In this document: positions 50,429-60,355 of the stretch, one piece after another
Layout: every line of letters begins with the position of its first letter
Numbering within the stretch: position 1 is the stretch's first letter
From: an uncultured Deferribacteraceae bacterium
GTDB lineage: Bacteria > Chrysiogenota > Deferribacteres > Deferribacterales > Mucispirillaceae
Assembly (NCBI GenBank): GCA_964370335.1
Contig: CAYJIW010000001.1
Span: 121-64,120, forward strand
Length of the DNA stretch: 64,000 nucleotides
Direction of reading: 5' to 3'
The notes under the pieces: model-generated
What the model saw: only the letters and a program-made list of their open reading frames with translations
Databases searched by the model: none
Told to the model about the DNA's origin: nothing
Position numbers and translations under genes: made by a program

Positions 50429-51040
50429 TTGAAAAATATAGCAATCTTTCTATCGGGTAGAGGGAGCAACTTCCTAGCTATAAAAGAAAATATTGATAAC
50501 GGATTTATTAGCGACGCTAACATTGCGGTAGTATTTAGCAACAACCCGAATGCTAGAGGGCTAGAACACGCTAAAAATCTTGGTATCCCTACTATATGCA
50601 TACCATCAAAGGGCAGAAGCGATAGGGATGCTTACGATAAAGAAGTTATCGAAGCAATAGCCCAATACAATATAGATTTGATTTGTCTAGCAGGCTATAT
50701 GCGTATAGTATCAATGACATTAGTAAATGCCTATGAAAATAGAATGATTAATATCCACCCATCATTGTTGCCAGCTTTTGTAGGGTTAGATGCACAAAAA
50801 CAAGCTTTTGATTATGGCGTAAAAGTTAGCGGTTGTACAGTCCACTTTGTAGATGGTGGGCTTGATAGTGGCGCAATAATCCTACAAAAAACAGTAGACA
50901 TATCAGATTGCAAAAACGAACATGAAGTATCAGAAAAAATATTAGCGGTAGAACATAAAGCATATGCAGAAGCAATAAAATTGTTCGTCGAGGACAAACT
51001 AATTATCAATGGTAGGCAAATAGAAGTATGCGAAAAATAG
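50429..51040 (+). CDS. purN: phosphoribosylglycinamide formyltransferase
   Basis: LAGYMRI, NIHPSLLPAF and DGGLDSGAII. TTG start immediately after the purM stop. Confidence 0.92.
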   Translation: MKNIAIFLSGRGSNFLAIKENIDNGFISDANIAVVFSNNPNARGLEHAKNLGIPTICIPSKGRSDRDAYDKEVIEAIAQYNIDLICLAGYMRIVSMTLVNAYENRMINIHPSLLPAFVGLDAQKQAFDYGVKVSGCTVHFVDGGLDSGAIILQKTVDISDCKNEHEVSEKILAVEHKAYAEAIKLFVEDKLIINGRQIEVCEK

Positions 51041-52326
51041 TTGCAATAGTAATATTTCTCGCAATATGTAATTCAATAGTATTCATTTATCTTAATAGCA
51101 ATAATAGTTTGCAACAAATACAAGGGAATAATATGTTAAATAATGGAATAACTTTAGTAGAGAAAAAACGTGATTTTACAGGAACTGTTACAGTATCCAT
51201 ATTCATAAAAGGCGGACTATTTACAGAAAATAAAGGTAATAACGGTATCGGTAATTTGATGTCTAGAGTATGGGTGATGAGCAATAAAATACTTGAAACA
51301 TCAGAGTTTTATGGTAGTTATATCAGCGCAAAACTTACACCATATGCACTAGAGGTTAGCTTTTCTGCACCTACAGAAGTTATTGATAAAATATATAGCG
51401 ATTTTGAACAGTTTATACTTGCTCCAGAGTTTGATAAGCAAATATTTGATCGTGAAAAAAGCTTAATGCTAGAAGAACTTGTTGCAAAATATAACCGTCC
51501 AAATAATGTCGCATACGATGGCTTTATGGCAGCAGTATTTGATGGTATGCCATATGCTATGCCAACAAGTGGAAAGAAAGATTCTGTTGAAAACATATCA
51601 TTTGATGATATTAAAAAATATTATAAAGAGCAATTTGTTGGTGCAAATATGGTTGTATCTGTCGCTGGTAAATACGATCAATCGTTCGTAAATAACTTGA
51701 AAGCGACATTATCTAAATTTGATAAAGGCGAGCTTTTAACAGTTAATTGCGATAATTCAACACTTACACAATCAAAACGTATTGAGGAAACGGATAATAA
51801 AATCCAGCAAGCAAAATTGTATATAGGTTACAATGCTCCAGATGTATCTTCGCCAGATTATCCAGCATTAAAAGTGTTGACAGAGTTACTAGGTGGCGGT
51901 ATGAGTTCAAGATATTTTGAAGAAATCCGTAAAAATTCTGGTTACGCATATTCGGTTGGTGCAGGTTATCCATCACGTATGTGTTCATCACGCTTTTTTA
52001 TATCAGCTGGGCTTGATTATGCAAATGTTGAAAGTGCGCTACAAAAGTTTGATGATATTAATATGAATTTAGAAAGCTCACTTACAGATGAAGAAATAGA
52101 GCGTGCAAAGCGTGGCATATTAGGTTCTGCATTGATGGAAACACAGACTAATTCGTCAGTAGCGTGGAATATGGCATTTTTTGAAACAATGGGCTTAGGT
52201 GCAGATTATTACGATAAGTATGTAGAAACACTAAAAACTATTGATAAACAAAAAATATTGAAAGCAGCAGAGTCGCTAACTAAGGAAAAAGTTATATACA
52301 TACTAAAGCCAAGCGAGGCTAACTAA
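51028..52326 (+). CDS. M16-family peptidase-like protein lacking the HxxEH zinc motif (probably non-catalytic)
   Basis: M16 two-domain length and blocks. Where HxxEH is expected the sequence reads GIGNLMSRV. An N-terminal signal/anchor helix is present. Confidence 0.75.
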   Translation: MRKIVAIVIFLAICNSIVFIYLNSNNSLQQIQGNNMLNNGITLVEKKRDFTGTVTVSIFIKGGLFTENKGNNGIGNLMSRVWVMSNKILETSEFYGSYISAKLTPYALEVSFSAPTEVIDKIYSDFEQFILAPEFDKQIFDREKSLMLEELVAKYNRPNNVAYDGFMAAVFDGMPYAMPTSGKKDSVENISFDDIKKYYKEQFVGANMVVSVAGKYDQSFVNNLKATLSKFDKGELLTVNCDNSTLTQSKRIEETDNKIQQAKLYIGYNAPDVSSPDYPALKVLTELLGGGMSSRYFEEIRKNSGYAYSVGAGYPSRMCSSRFFISAGLDYANVESALQKFDDINMNLESSLTDEEIERAKRGILGSALMETQTNSSVAWNMAFFETMGLGADYYDKYVETLKTIDKQKILKAAESLTKEKVIYILKPSEAN

Positions 52327-52360
52327 AAGGGGCAACTCTTTTAGTGTATAGGTTTGAAAG

Positions 52361-53131
52361 TTGAACAGGTTTAAGTTTGGCAGGTATATACATAAAGAAA
52401 CATTTATACACAAACTAAATCCGTTCATAAAGCTATTATCTTTTACATTGCTAGCAACAGTGACATTGTTCGATGGTGGTTACTTAAAGTTAGCGTTCAG
52501 TTTTGCAATATTGTTAGTGTTATTATATTTTTCTAATATCTCGTTACGAGAGTTTTACCCATCAATTAAAGCGTTCAGATTTTTTTTCATATTTACGTTC
52601 TTGGTACAACTGTTTTTTACATCTACTGGTAATTTCAGCATAACCCCTAGCCAATCGCAAGTATCAGTCGCTACCATAATGACATTAAGGTTTATATTCG
52701 TTATCGCATTTTCGGCATTGTTCACTATAACGACAACACCATCAGATATTGCAAGAGCGTTATTTGTATTTGTCAAGCCGTTAAAAGCGTTCAAGGTAAA
52801 TATATCTGATATTGCAATATCGTTACTTGTTGCGGTGCGTTTTATACCGCTACTTTTTGAGGAGTCAGAAAAAATCGTCATAGCGCAAACATTACGTAAC
52901 GGTTGGGATAAAGAAACAAAGTTTAGAGAAAAGCTATCGTTTTTCATTAAGGCGGAATCGTTTGTGATACCGTTATTTGTACGTGTCATTAGGTATGCGG
53001 AGCAAATCTCTATTACGCTACACTATAGAAAAAGCCCAGAAAACATTATGGCGTTACCACATTTAATAAGCAAAGACTATATGGCGCTGGTATCAGTAAT
53101 AATCATAGCGGTGGTGTCATATGCTATATAA
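52361..53131 (+). CDS. ecfT: energy-coupling-factor transporter transmembrane (T) component, CbiQ/EcfT family
   Basis: Polytopic, with a conserved coupling-helix-like segment IAQTLRNG. Conserved ecfT-truA adjacency. TTG start. Confidence 0.72.
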   Translation: MNRFKFGRYIHKETFIHKLNPFIKLLSFTLLATVTLFDGGYLKLAFSFAILLVLLYFSNISLREFYPSIKAFRFFFIFTFLVQLFFTSTGNFSITPSQSQVSVATIMTLRFIFVIAFSALFTITTTPSDIARALFVFVKPLKAFKVNISDIAISLLVAVRFIPLLFEESEKIVIAQTLRNGWDKETKFREKLSFFIKAESFVIPLFVRVIRYAEQISITLHYRKSPENIMALPHLISKDYMALVSVIIIAVVSYAI

Positions 53132-53909
53132 TAAAGCGTGCGTTTGTGAATATTTAGGAACAAATTATGTTGGTTGGCAACGCCAGAAAAATGGACAATC
53201 TATACAAGGTTTGATAGAAAAAGTTCTTAGTAAAGTATATTCAGAAGATATAAAAATAAGCGGTAGTGGGCGTACAGATGCAGGCGTTCATGCATTGTCG
53301 CAAGTGTTCAACTATAAAAGTAGCAAATATATTGGTAATTCATCAGTTATAAAAGCATTAAATAGCGTGTTACCTAATGATATTTCAATCTATGGGATAA
53401 AAGATGTTGATGTGCGGTTTCACTCGTGGTTGCATCCAGTAGCGAAAACGTATGAGTATAAAATCATAAATAAACCATACCCACCAGCATTTTATGAAGA
53501 TAAGGCGTTATGGGTACGTAAGCCACTAGATGTTGACAAGTTGAATGAAGTATTGCAACAATTTATTGGCGAACATGATTTTGCGTCGTTTTGCATGACA
53601 AAAACAAAGAAAGAAAACACGGTAAGATGTATAAATTATATTAGTGTGGATAGCGATAGCGAGTTTATAAATATATCGCTAAATGCAAACGGGTTTTTAC
53701 ATAACATGGTGCGTATTATTGTCGGTACAGCGATTGATTTCGTCATGAACGATAGAGATAGTAGCGAAATAATTGATATAATTAATTGCAAAGATAGACG
53801 CAAGGCAGGTAAAACTGCACCAGCACATGCACTATATCAAAAAGAGATATTTTACAAAAAAGACCTCGTCGGGCTTGATGGCATAGACGAGGTAGAAATA
53901 GTACTCTAA
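53121..53909 (+). CDS. truA: tRNA pseudouridine(38-40) synthase
   Basis: Catalytic Asp context GSGRTDAGVHA and FLHNMVRIIVG. Confidence 0.9.
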   Translation: MLYNKACVCEYLGTNYVGWQRQKNGQSIQGLIEKVLSKVYSEDIKISGSGRTDAGVHALSQVFNYKSSKYIGNSSVIKALNSVLPNDISIYGIKDVDVRFHSWLHPVAKTYEYKIINKPYPPAFYEDKALWVRKPLDVDKLNEVLQQFIGEHDFASFCMTKTKKENTVRCINYISVDSDSEFINISLNANGFLHNMVRIIVGTAIDFVMNDRDSSEIIDIINCKDRRKAGKTAPAHALYQKEIFYKKDLVGLDGIDEVEIVL

Positions 53910-53910
53910 A

Positions 53911-54438
53911 TTATTTAGGCTTTACGACTGTGTAGTCGCCTTCTTGGATACGTCTTTTTATATGTTTTTTTATTGTTTCACGCTTCATCATAGATAGCTT
54001 ATCAATAAATAGTTTACCATCTAGATGATCAATTTCATGTTGCAATATGCGTGATAATGTATCTTCTGCTTCAATAATAACTTCTTGATTAATAAGCGAC
54101 GTATATTTTACCTTAATTTTTTGGTAACGCTTGACATATGCGTATTCGCCCGGTAGCGATAGACAGCCTTCTTCTTCAAACAGTTCGCCTTCGCCTTCGA
54201 TAATTTCCGGGTTGATTAATATGATAGGGTTGCTTTTAATATCCCTAGGGTGTTCATCTGCAACAATCATACGTATGCTTTTGCCAATTTGTGGGGCTGC
54301 AAGTCCAACACCGGGTGCATCGTGCATAGTTTCAATCATATTTTGTGCAAGTTCTATAATTTCTTGATTAATTTCTTCAACTGGCTTTGCTTTTTGTCTT
54401 AAAAATTCTTCAGGAAAAGTTACAATATCAAGTATCAT
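53911..54438 (-). CDS. def: peptide deformylase
   Basis: GVGLAAPQIG, EGCLSLPG and QHEIDHLDG. Confidence 0.95.
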   Translation of the reverse strand: MILDIVTFPEEFLRQKAKPVEEINQEIIELAQNMIETMHDAPGVGLAAPQIGKSIRMIVADEHPRDIKSNPIILINPEIIEGEGELFEEEGCLSLPGEYAYVKRYQKIKVKYTSLINQEVIIEAEDTLSRILQHEIDHLDGKLFIDKLSMMKRETIKKHIKRRIQEGDYTVVKPK

Positions 54439-54881
54439 GATTTACCACCGTTCGTAAATTCTTCAATAGTATGTGTTTTAAAGTAAGCTAGTAGCATTTC
54501 TTTAAACGATTGTTTCATTTCTTCATCATCAATATGTTCGACAATGTTTTCGATAAAGTATAGTTGAGGTTCGCCAATTTCATAAAAATCTTTTCTAGGT
54601 TTTTCTGCTGGTATATACGTAGGCGAATACTTAAAAATAAGCTTTTTAACCATGAAGTTGTTATTGTTTAGCATTTCAATAAGGTCTTCTTTCATGTAGT
54701 TTAGCTCAGTCAACCAAATATTATCGTGTACAAGGACAGTTAAATCGCCTTTTGCATTTACCATAGTAGGTGTAGTAACTTTTGCAATTAATGGCGGTAC
54801 AATACTGTTCCATATTTTATATAGTGTCACAAAACTAATAATAGATTTATTTTTGTGCAATGCACTAGAGATTTTTTCCAT
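54435..54881 (-). CDS. DUF721 (DciA-like) protein
   Basis: 148 aa. The pattern W..IV....A..T.P......G.L.V.V....W..EL......L...LN is typical of DUF721. The assignment is by pattern only. Confidence 0.55.
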   Translation of the reverse strand: MEKISSALHKNKSIISFVTLYKIWNSIVPPLIAKVTTPTMVNAKGDLTVLVHDNIWLTELNYMKEDLIEMLNNNNFMVKKLIFKYSPTYIPAEKPRKDFYEIGEPQLYFIENIVEHIDDEEMKQSFKEMLLAYFKTHTIEEFTNGGKS

Positions 54882-55885
54882 TAGTCATCAAGCGTAGTGT
54901 TGTTTAGTGTATTTTTTATTGTTGCCATAATATCTTTTATGCCACTATGTGTTGCAGAAGATATTGCAAACACGTGCATATCTTTATCTTTAGCAAACTC
55001 TAAAAACTCATTATAGTTATCTTCGTTAACAGAGTCATACTTTGTAGCTGCAACAATTTCTACCCTACTAGATAGATGTTCAGCATAGAGTGTTAGTTCG
55101 TTTCTAATAATAGTATAACGCTCTACCATAGATTTTTCATCAGAGCAATCAACGAAGTGTAGCAAGATTTTTGTACGTTCAATATGGCGTAGGAATTGTT
55201 GACCAAGTCCAGCACCACTATGTGCATTTTCAATTAATCCCGGCATATCAGCAATAACGAAGCTACCACCATGCCCATCTTGTACAACGCCTAAATTAGG
55301 TGTAAGTGTAGTAAACGGGTAATCTGCAATCTTAGGTTTCGCAGCAGAAACTACAGATATAAATGTTGACTTACCAGCGTTAGGAAAGCCAATAATACCA
55401 ACATCAGCAAGTAGTTTTAGCTCGAGTGATACTTCGATACTTTCGCCGTCCTTGCCATCTTCTGCAATGCGAGGTGCACGTTGCTCTGGCGTAGTAAAGC
55501 ATGTGTTGCCTTTGCCACCTCTACCGCCTTTTGCAATTAATACTTCCATACCATCATCGGTAATATCTGCAATAATGTCATCAGAGTTAGCATCTTTTAT
55601 GATAGTGCCAAGTGGAACAGGGATAATTAAATCTTCGCCACCACGTCCGTTTTGGTCACGTCCACCGCCATTTCTGCCATTTTCTGCTTTATATATTTTT
55701 TTGTAGCGAAAGTCCATAAGCGTGTGCTTAGTTCTATCGCCAACAAATATAACATCGCCACCACGTCCACCGTTGCCGCCATCTGGTCCGCCTTTTGGGA
55801 CAAACTTTTCACGTCTAAACGATATTGCGCCGTGCCCGCCTGTGCCTGCTGTAAGGTGTAATGTAGCTGTATCAATAAATTTCAT
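54881..55885 (-). CDS. obg: GTPase Obg/CgtA
   Basis: Glycine-rich Obg fold GGHGAISFRREKFVPKGGPDGGNGGRGGDV; G domain GFPNAGKST and DMPGLIE. Confidence 0.95.
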   Translation of the reverse strand: MKFIDTATLHLTAGTGGHGAISFRREKFVPKGGPDGGNGGRGGDVIFVGDRTKHTLMDFRYKKIYKAENGRNGGGRDQNGRGGEDLIIPVPLGTIIKDANSDDIIADITDDGMEVLIAKGGRGGKGNTCFTTPEQRAPRIAEDGKDGESIEVSLELKLLADVGIIGFPNAGKSTFISVVSAAKPKIADYPFTTLTPNLGVVQDGHGGSFVIADMPGLIENAHSGAGLGQQFLRHIERTKILLHFVDCSDEKSMVERYTIIRNELTLYAEHLSSRVEIVAATKYDSVNEDNYNEFLEFAKDKDMHVFAISSATHSGIKDIMATIKNTLNNTTLDD

Positions 55886-55956
55886 ATAATACCTAATATT
55901 TTATTTTTGCTAATTGTAAATGTTTTTATGTGAGTTGTAAAGCAAATTAAGACATG

Positions 55957-55985
55957 AAAAAAGCCACTAACGAATTTGTAGTGGC
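55957..55985 (-). terminator. terminator after rplU-rpmA (minus strand)
   Basis: GCCACTA / TAGTGGC 7-bp stem with a 9-nt loop, followed on the minus strand by TTTTTT. Confidence 0.6.
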
Positions 55986-56012
55986 TCATTTCAGCATTGT
56001 GATAAGTTATTG

Positions 56013-56273
56013 TTATGCAGTAATAGGTTCAATTGCTACGAATTTACCCATACGTCCTTTATCAATAAACTTAACATGACCAGGGATAAGAGCGAATAAA
56101 GTATCATCTCTACCGATGCCCATACCTTCACCTGGTTTGAATTTAGTGCCACGTTGGCGAACAATAATGTTGCCTGCTTTCACTAATTCACCGCCGAAAC
56201 GCTTAACGCCAAGTCTTTTAGAGTGGCTATCGCGTCCGTTTCTCGAGCTACCGCCCGCTTTCTTGTGAGCCAT
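56013..56273 (-). CDS. rpmA: 50S ribosomal protein L27
   Basis: [16 protein letters not shown]... [12 protein letters not shown]. Confidence 0.97.
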   Translation of the reverse strand: MAHKKAGGSSRNGRDSHSKRLGVKRFGGELVKAGNIIVRQRGTKFKPGEGMGIGRDDTLFALIPGHVKFIDKGRMGKFVAIEPITA

Positions 56274-56286
56274 TTCGTTCTCCTGT

Positions 56287-56598
56287 TTAACCTGCGATAA
56301 TTTTTGTTACTGTAACTCTAGTATAGTTTTGACGATGACCTTGACGTTTACGATAGTCTTTTCTTCTTTTCTTTTTGAAAATGTAAACACGATCAGCCTT
56401 ACCATGAGATACAACATTAACTTCAACAGTAGCGCCTTTAATAAATGGGCTACCAACTACAACTTTGTCGCCAGAAATAAGTAATACTTCTTCAAATTTA
56501 TACTTTTTACCAGCTTCTACTTCTAGCTTTTCAATATTAAATGAATCGCCTTCTTTAACGGTGTATTGTTTACCGCCTGTTTTAATCACTGCGAACAT
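56287..56598 (-). CDS. rplU: 50S ribosomal protein L21
   Basis: [16 protein letters not shown]; 103 aa. Confidence 0.97.
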   Translation of the reverse strand: MFAVIKTGGKQYTVKEGDSFNIEKLEVEAGKKYKFEEVLLISGDKVVVGSPFIKGATVEVNVVSHGKADRVYIFKKKRRKDYRKRQGHRQNYTRVTVTKIIAG

Positions 56599-56691
56599 TG
56601 CAGATACCTCCGCCTTCTAACTAAGGATTAATAAGCTATACTAATTGTGACAACTAGTCAACACTTTTTTATTAAAAATCGTAATTTATTT

Positions 56692-58734
56692 TTATTCTAC
56701 AGTTACATTATCGCTAATATTGTCACTATTTGCCTTCATGTTTAGTTTAAATAGTCTTGCAAATGGGTACATATCTAGCGCTGGTGTAAATAGTTCTGCA
56801 TTATAATTATTTAACATATATAGTTGCACTAATGACGTATCAAAAGTGTCTTTACGCATTAAATATACTAGCCCAGTTGCATCATGGATAACGTATATAC
56901 CATCGGCATAGTTAAAGTTTCTTGATGAGGCAACCTTACCGCCAATAGTATTTATATATGTAGCAACAGGTGTTTGGTTATTTATTAAGCCAGTTGTCAA
57001 GTTTATAGAATAATTATTGCTACAAGCAAGCACATTATTTTGTGGTGGGTTACATTGTAGCCTTTGTATGCCTAATGGGTTACTGCTATTTGTTGCGTTA
57101 TTCCAGTTAGCTAGGTAGCTTATTGGTTGCATCTTTTGTGGCATATCCAGCGTAATTAATACGTATGTTGCATCATTTTTTGGCCCTTTGTCATAGCTAG
57201 ATATAATCCTAGTAACATCGCCAATAGTTTCTTGTTGCCTTAGTTCTGGCACTTCAGATATGCCAAACGTATCAACGTATGATGAGATATTATAAAGTGT
57301 TTGCTCATCAGATGTAAGTGCTTTTGCAATCATCCAAGTTTTAGGCGACTCTTGTGTCATACCGCTATGAAAAACTTTAAATCCGGATGCCTCTGTGATA
57401 GCAAGCCCAAAATCCCACCAAGTTAATATTGCTGCATTTTCTGGCAAAATTTGTTTCATTGTCATGAATGATTGAAACGTCTGTGGGTGCATAGATGGAC
57501 GAGGTATCGACTTAAATGCGTTGTTATCAGATACTGTCAATATAGTAAATAATACAACTACGCTTGCATATGCGCTTGCGTTACGTAGCATTTGCGTACG
57601 CTCGTTAGAGCCATAATTGATTATTAAAGTCATTATATAACCAATACCAACACCAATCACAGGTGCTAAAAATATTGTAAATCTGCTTGCGCTAGTAAAT
57701 GACATAAAGCCAAGTATAACAACAGCTGCAAGTGGGATAAGCTTTTTGAAATATGCGATAGCAAGTATAACACAACCTAATATGCCTAATATCCCAAGAT
57801 ATGGGTTAGATATATAGCCTAATAGCTGCATAACGCCTGCGCTTTGCGCTTCGCTAATTGTTGCAAATACGTTAGGGAAGATACTTGCTTCTTTAATAGG
57901 GAATAAGTAAACATTAACACCACGTAGTAGATGCCCTATACCAACATATAAGTAGTATGGGTTAGAAAACAAAATAAATATTGCAGTTGCTATGCCAATA
58001 TCTTTCCATTTTACTTTTGCAAGGAATAATGTTGCAACAAGCACTACAGGGAAGAATATATTAAACATACCGTGGTGATACCACCAGAAGAATAGCATAA
58101 CAGTAAACCCGCCAAGTGCAGAAAAAATATACATCATGCGTTGTGTTTTAGCTCTTGATGCTAAAAATATAAATAATCCAGCTGTAAGCAGAAAGAATAA
58201 GTTCATGCCATCTGTATCAAACCTGCCGATACCTGTTCTGCCATAAAACATAGGTGCATAAGTTGTGATAAGTCCACCTAATAGCCCAGCTGCTGGAAAA
58301 CCTAATAGAAAAAAGTATATCCCAAGCGGAATTATAAATAAGCTAGACATGATAGGTATCATGTACATCGCTGTCATATAGTAGCTACCACCAAATATTT
58401 GCACTAGTGAGTTTAAAGTGACGCTCATAAGTGGCGCAGGGTCAGGAAAAGGCGAACCATCAGGATAGAATATCATTTGATCTTTAACATCTGGGTTAAA
58501 TGTGCCAGCTTCCACTTCACGCGCATGGCGTAAAAATTTATATGCATCAAGCGTAGTCATCATAGGTGTATCTTGTGTAAAGAATTGCGCCTTATTTTCT
58601 TGCCATACAGATAGCTGGTTGTATCTACTGTAAGCGGATAGAATAAAAACTGCTGACAACAACACGATAAAAACAATTAAAGTTACTTTATTGTTAGGTT
58701 GCCCATTTCTTATTAGATTTAAGTACTTATCCAT
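56692..58734 (-). CDS. PglB/STT3/AglB-type oligosaccharyltransferase homolog
   Basis: About 13 predicted TM helices plus a periplasmic domain. WWDFG (nt 57406-57420) matches the WWDYG signature. A TIxE-like TISEAQ, a DxD-like FDTDGMN and an N-terminal loop acidic residue in TLDAYKF are also present. Confidence 0.8.
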   Translation of the reverse strand: MDKYLNLIRNGQPNNKVTLIVFIVLLSAVFILSAYSRYNQLSVWQENKAQFFTQDTPMMTTLDAYKFLRHAREVEAGTFNPDVKDQMIFYPDGSPFPDPAPLMSVTLNSLVQIFGGSYYMTAMYMIPIMSSLFIIPLGIYFFLLGFPAAGLLGGLITTYAPMFYGRTGIGRFDTDGMNLFFLLTAGLFIFLASRAKTQRMMYIFSALGGFTVMLFFWWYHHGMFNIFFPVVLVATLFLAKVKWKDIGIATAIFILFSNPYYLYVGIGHLLRGVNVYLFPIKEASIFPNVFATISEAQSAGVMQLLGYISNPYLGILGILGCVILAIAYFKKLIPLAAVVILGFMSFTSASRFTIFLAPVIGVGIGYIMTLIINYGSNERTQMLRNASAYASVVVLFTILTVSDNNAFKSIPRPSMHPQTFQSFMTMKQILPENAAILTWWDFGLAITEASGFKVFHSGMTQESPKTWMIAKALTSDEQTLYNISSYVDTFGISEVPELRQQETIGDVTRIISSYDKGPKNDATYVLITLDMPQKMQPISYLANWNNATNSSNPLGIQRLQCNPPQNNVLACSNNYSINLTTGLINNQTPVATYINTIGGKVASSRNFNYADGIYVIHDATGLVYLMRKDTFDTSLVQLYMLNNYNAELFTPALDMYPFARLFKLNMKANSDNISDNVTVE

Positions 58735-60229
58735 TTTTACTCCTTGTATAATGGCTTATTATGAACGATGTTAATAGCCTGACACCAAACCCAGATGCTT
58801 GTTTGCCAAATATTGGGTGGTTAGTATCTAGGTATGCAGGTCCAGCTATATCTAAATGTATCCAAGGGTAATTGTCAACAAATTCCTTTAGAAAGATAGC
58901 AGCATGTATTGCCCCGCCTTCACGTCTGAAAGTGCTCATGTTTTGCATATCGGCTACGCTACTTTTTATGCCTTTTGCATAGCCTTCATATATTGGTAGC
59001 TCCCAAATATCTTCTGATACGTTGTACGATATGTCCGATAATTGTTTGCTTAAAAATCGCCTGTTAGAAAATAGTCCAGCACAGAACGGGCCAAGTGCAA
59101 CAACACAAGCGCCAGTAAGCGTTGCAACATCAACAATAACTTCTGGGTCAGTCTTTGTTGCGACAAATAATGCATCAGCTAGTAGAAGTCTACCTTCTGC
59201 ATCAGTGTTCATAATTTCTACAGTTTTGCCAGAAGCAGATGTTATAACATTGCCGGGCAGTATTGCATCACCACCGATAATATTTTCTGCAAGTGGGATA
59301 TATGTGTTAATATTTACTTTTAAGTTTAGCATAGCCGCAAGCCTAGTAACGCCAAAAACTGTTGCTGCGCCAGCCATATCAGTTTTCATTGTTTCAATAG
59401 AGCCTGTTGGCTTTAAGTTTGTACCACCAGTATCAAAAGTAACACCTTTCCCAACAAGTGCGATATTAGTATTTTCATCGCTATTGCCGTTATATGTAAG
59501 CTGGATAAATCTAGGTGGGTTTTTGCTACCTTGTCCAACAGCAGATAATAGATTTAAGCCTTGCTTTTTAATTTCGTTTTCATCAAGTATTGTTGCAGAT
59601 AAGTTTTCTGGTAAATTTGACAACACAGTTTCTGCAAATATTTGTGGTGTCATAAAGTTTGCTGGTGTGTTCACCATATCTTTAACTAAGTTTATGTTAT
59701 CAAAAGTATAGTTCCATTCATCACTTTTTTCGTCTATAAACCTTTTTAGCTTAGTTTGCGATGTGATAATTTCGACTTCTGATATAGTATCGGCAGACTT
59801 TTTCGTTTTGAATTTATCAAACGAGTATAACCCAAGCATAAGTCCTTCAATAAAGCCTTGCGTACTTGAGAAATCTTTTTTCTCGTTATAGATATCCTCA
59901 AATGACACAAGCGATATAGAAGATATTTGGTCTTTCATCAATGTTTTGGCAAACAATGCACCAAGCTCCATGTATGTGTTGCTAAAGTCTTGCTCTTTTG
60001 GTACGTGCAATAGGTAAACTTTTTTAAGCTTTCTATCAACTTCTGGATAGAAGCTTTTTATTTCTTTTTCTTCAAAGTTGAAATAGTCTGATTGTAAAAA
60101 TTGTTGTAATTCATCATCAATTTTTTTGCCAGTAATCAATCGTAACGATTTAATGTTTTTATAGATTGGTATGAGTATCGCATCTTTTCTAGAGTGTATA
60201 GCGATTTTTTTTCTGCAAGATATTTTCAT
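58727..60229 (-). CDS. pepA: leucyl aminopeptidase (M17)
   Basis: VGKGVTFDTGG and NTDAEGRLLLAD. Confidence 0.9.
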   Translation of the reverse strand: MKISCRKKIAIHSRKDAILIPIYKNIKSLRLITGKKIDDELQQFLQSDYFNFEEKEIKSFYPEVDRKLKKVYLLHVPKEQDFSNTYMELGALFAKTLMKDQISSISLVSFEDIYNEKKDFSSTQGFIEGLMLGLYSFDKFKTKKSADTISEVEIITSQTKLKRFIDEKSDEWNYTFDNINLVKDMVNTPANFMTPQIFAETVLSNLPENLSATILDENEIKKQGLNLLSAVGQGSKNPPRFIQLTYNGNSDENTNIALVGKGVTFDTGGTNLKPTGSIETMKTDMAGAATVFGVTRLAAMLNLKVNINTYIPLAENIIGGDAILPGNVITSASGKTVEIMNTDAEGRLLLADALFVATKTDPEVIVDVATLTGACVVALGPFCAGLFSNRRFLSKQLSDISYNVSEDIWELPIYEGYAKGIKSSVADMQNMSTFRREGGAIHAAIFLKEFVDNYPWIHLDIAGPAYLDTNHPIFGKQASGFGVRLLTSFIISHYTRSKNG

Positions 60230-60355
60230 TATTTCACCGTAAGTTCAATATATTATTACAAGACAACCATAGTAAAGGATTTATTCAATAAATGTCAAAT
60301 AAATATTTAGCAAACCCTTTACCATGTTGTGTATGTAGCTATTATATTAGTTAGC

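Noticed and set aside
59022-59711. Long antisense ORFs inside well-supported genes. Examples are 59022-59711 in pepA, 60366-61016 in the MCP, 48960-49448 and 48555-48914 in the acidic response regulator, 20410-20967 in hflX, 11537-11953 in mnmG', 36456-37199 in ftsK, 62375-62746 in parA and 63107-63883 in parB.
   Set aside because: Each lies opposite a gene with strong family motifs. Their translations are low-complexity (Ser/Leu/Ile-rich), and they have no SD or family resemblance. They are typical shadow ORFs of AT-rich or repetitive coding sequence.
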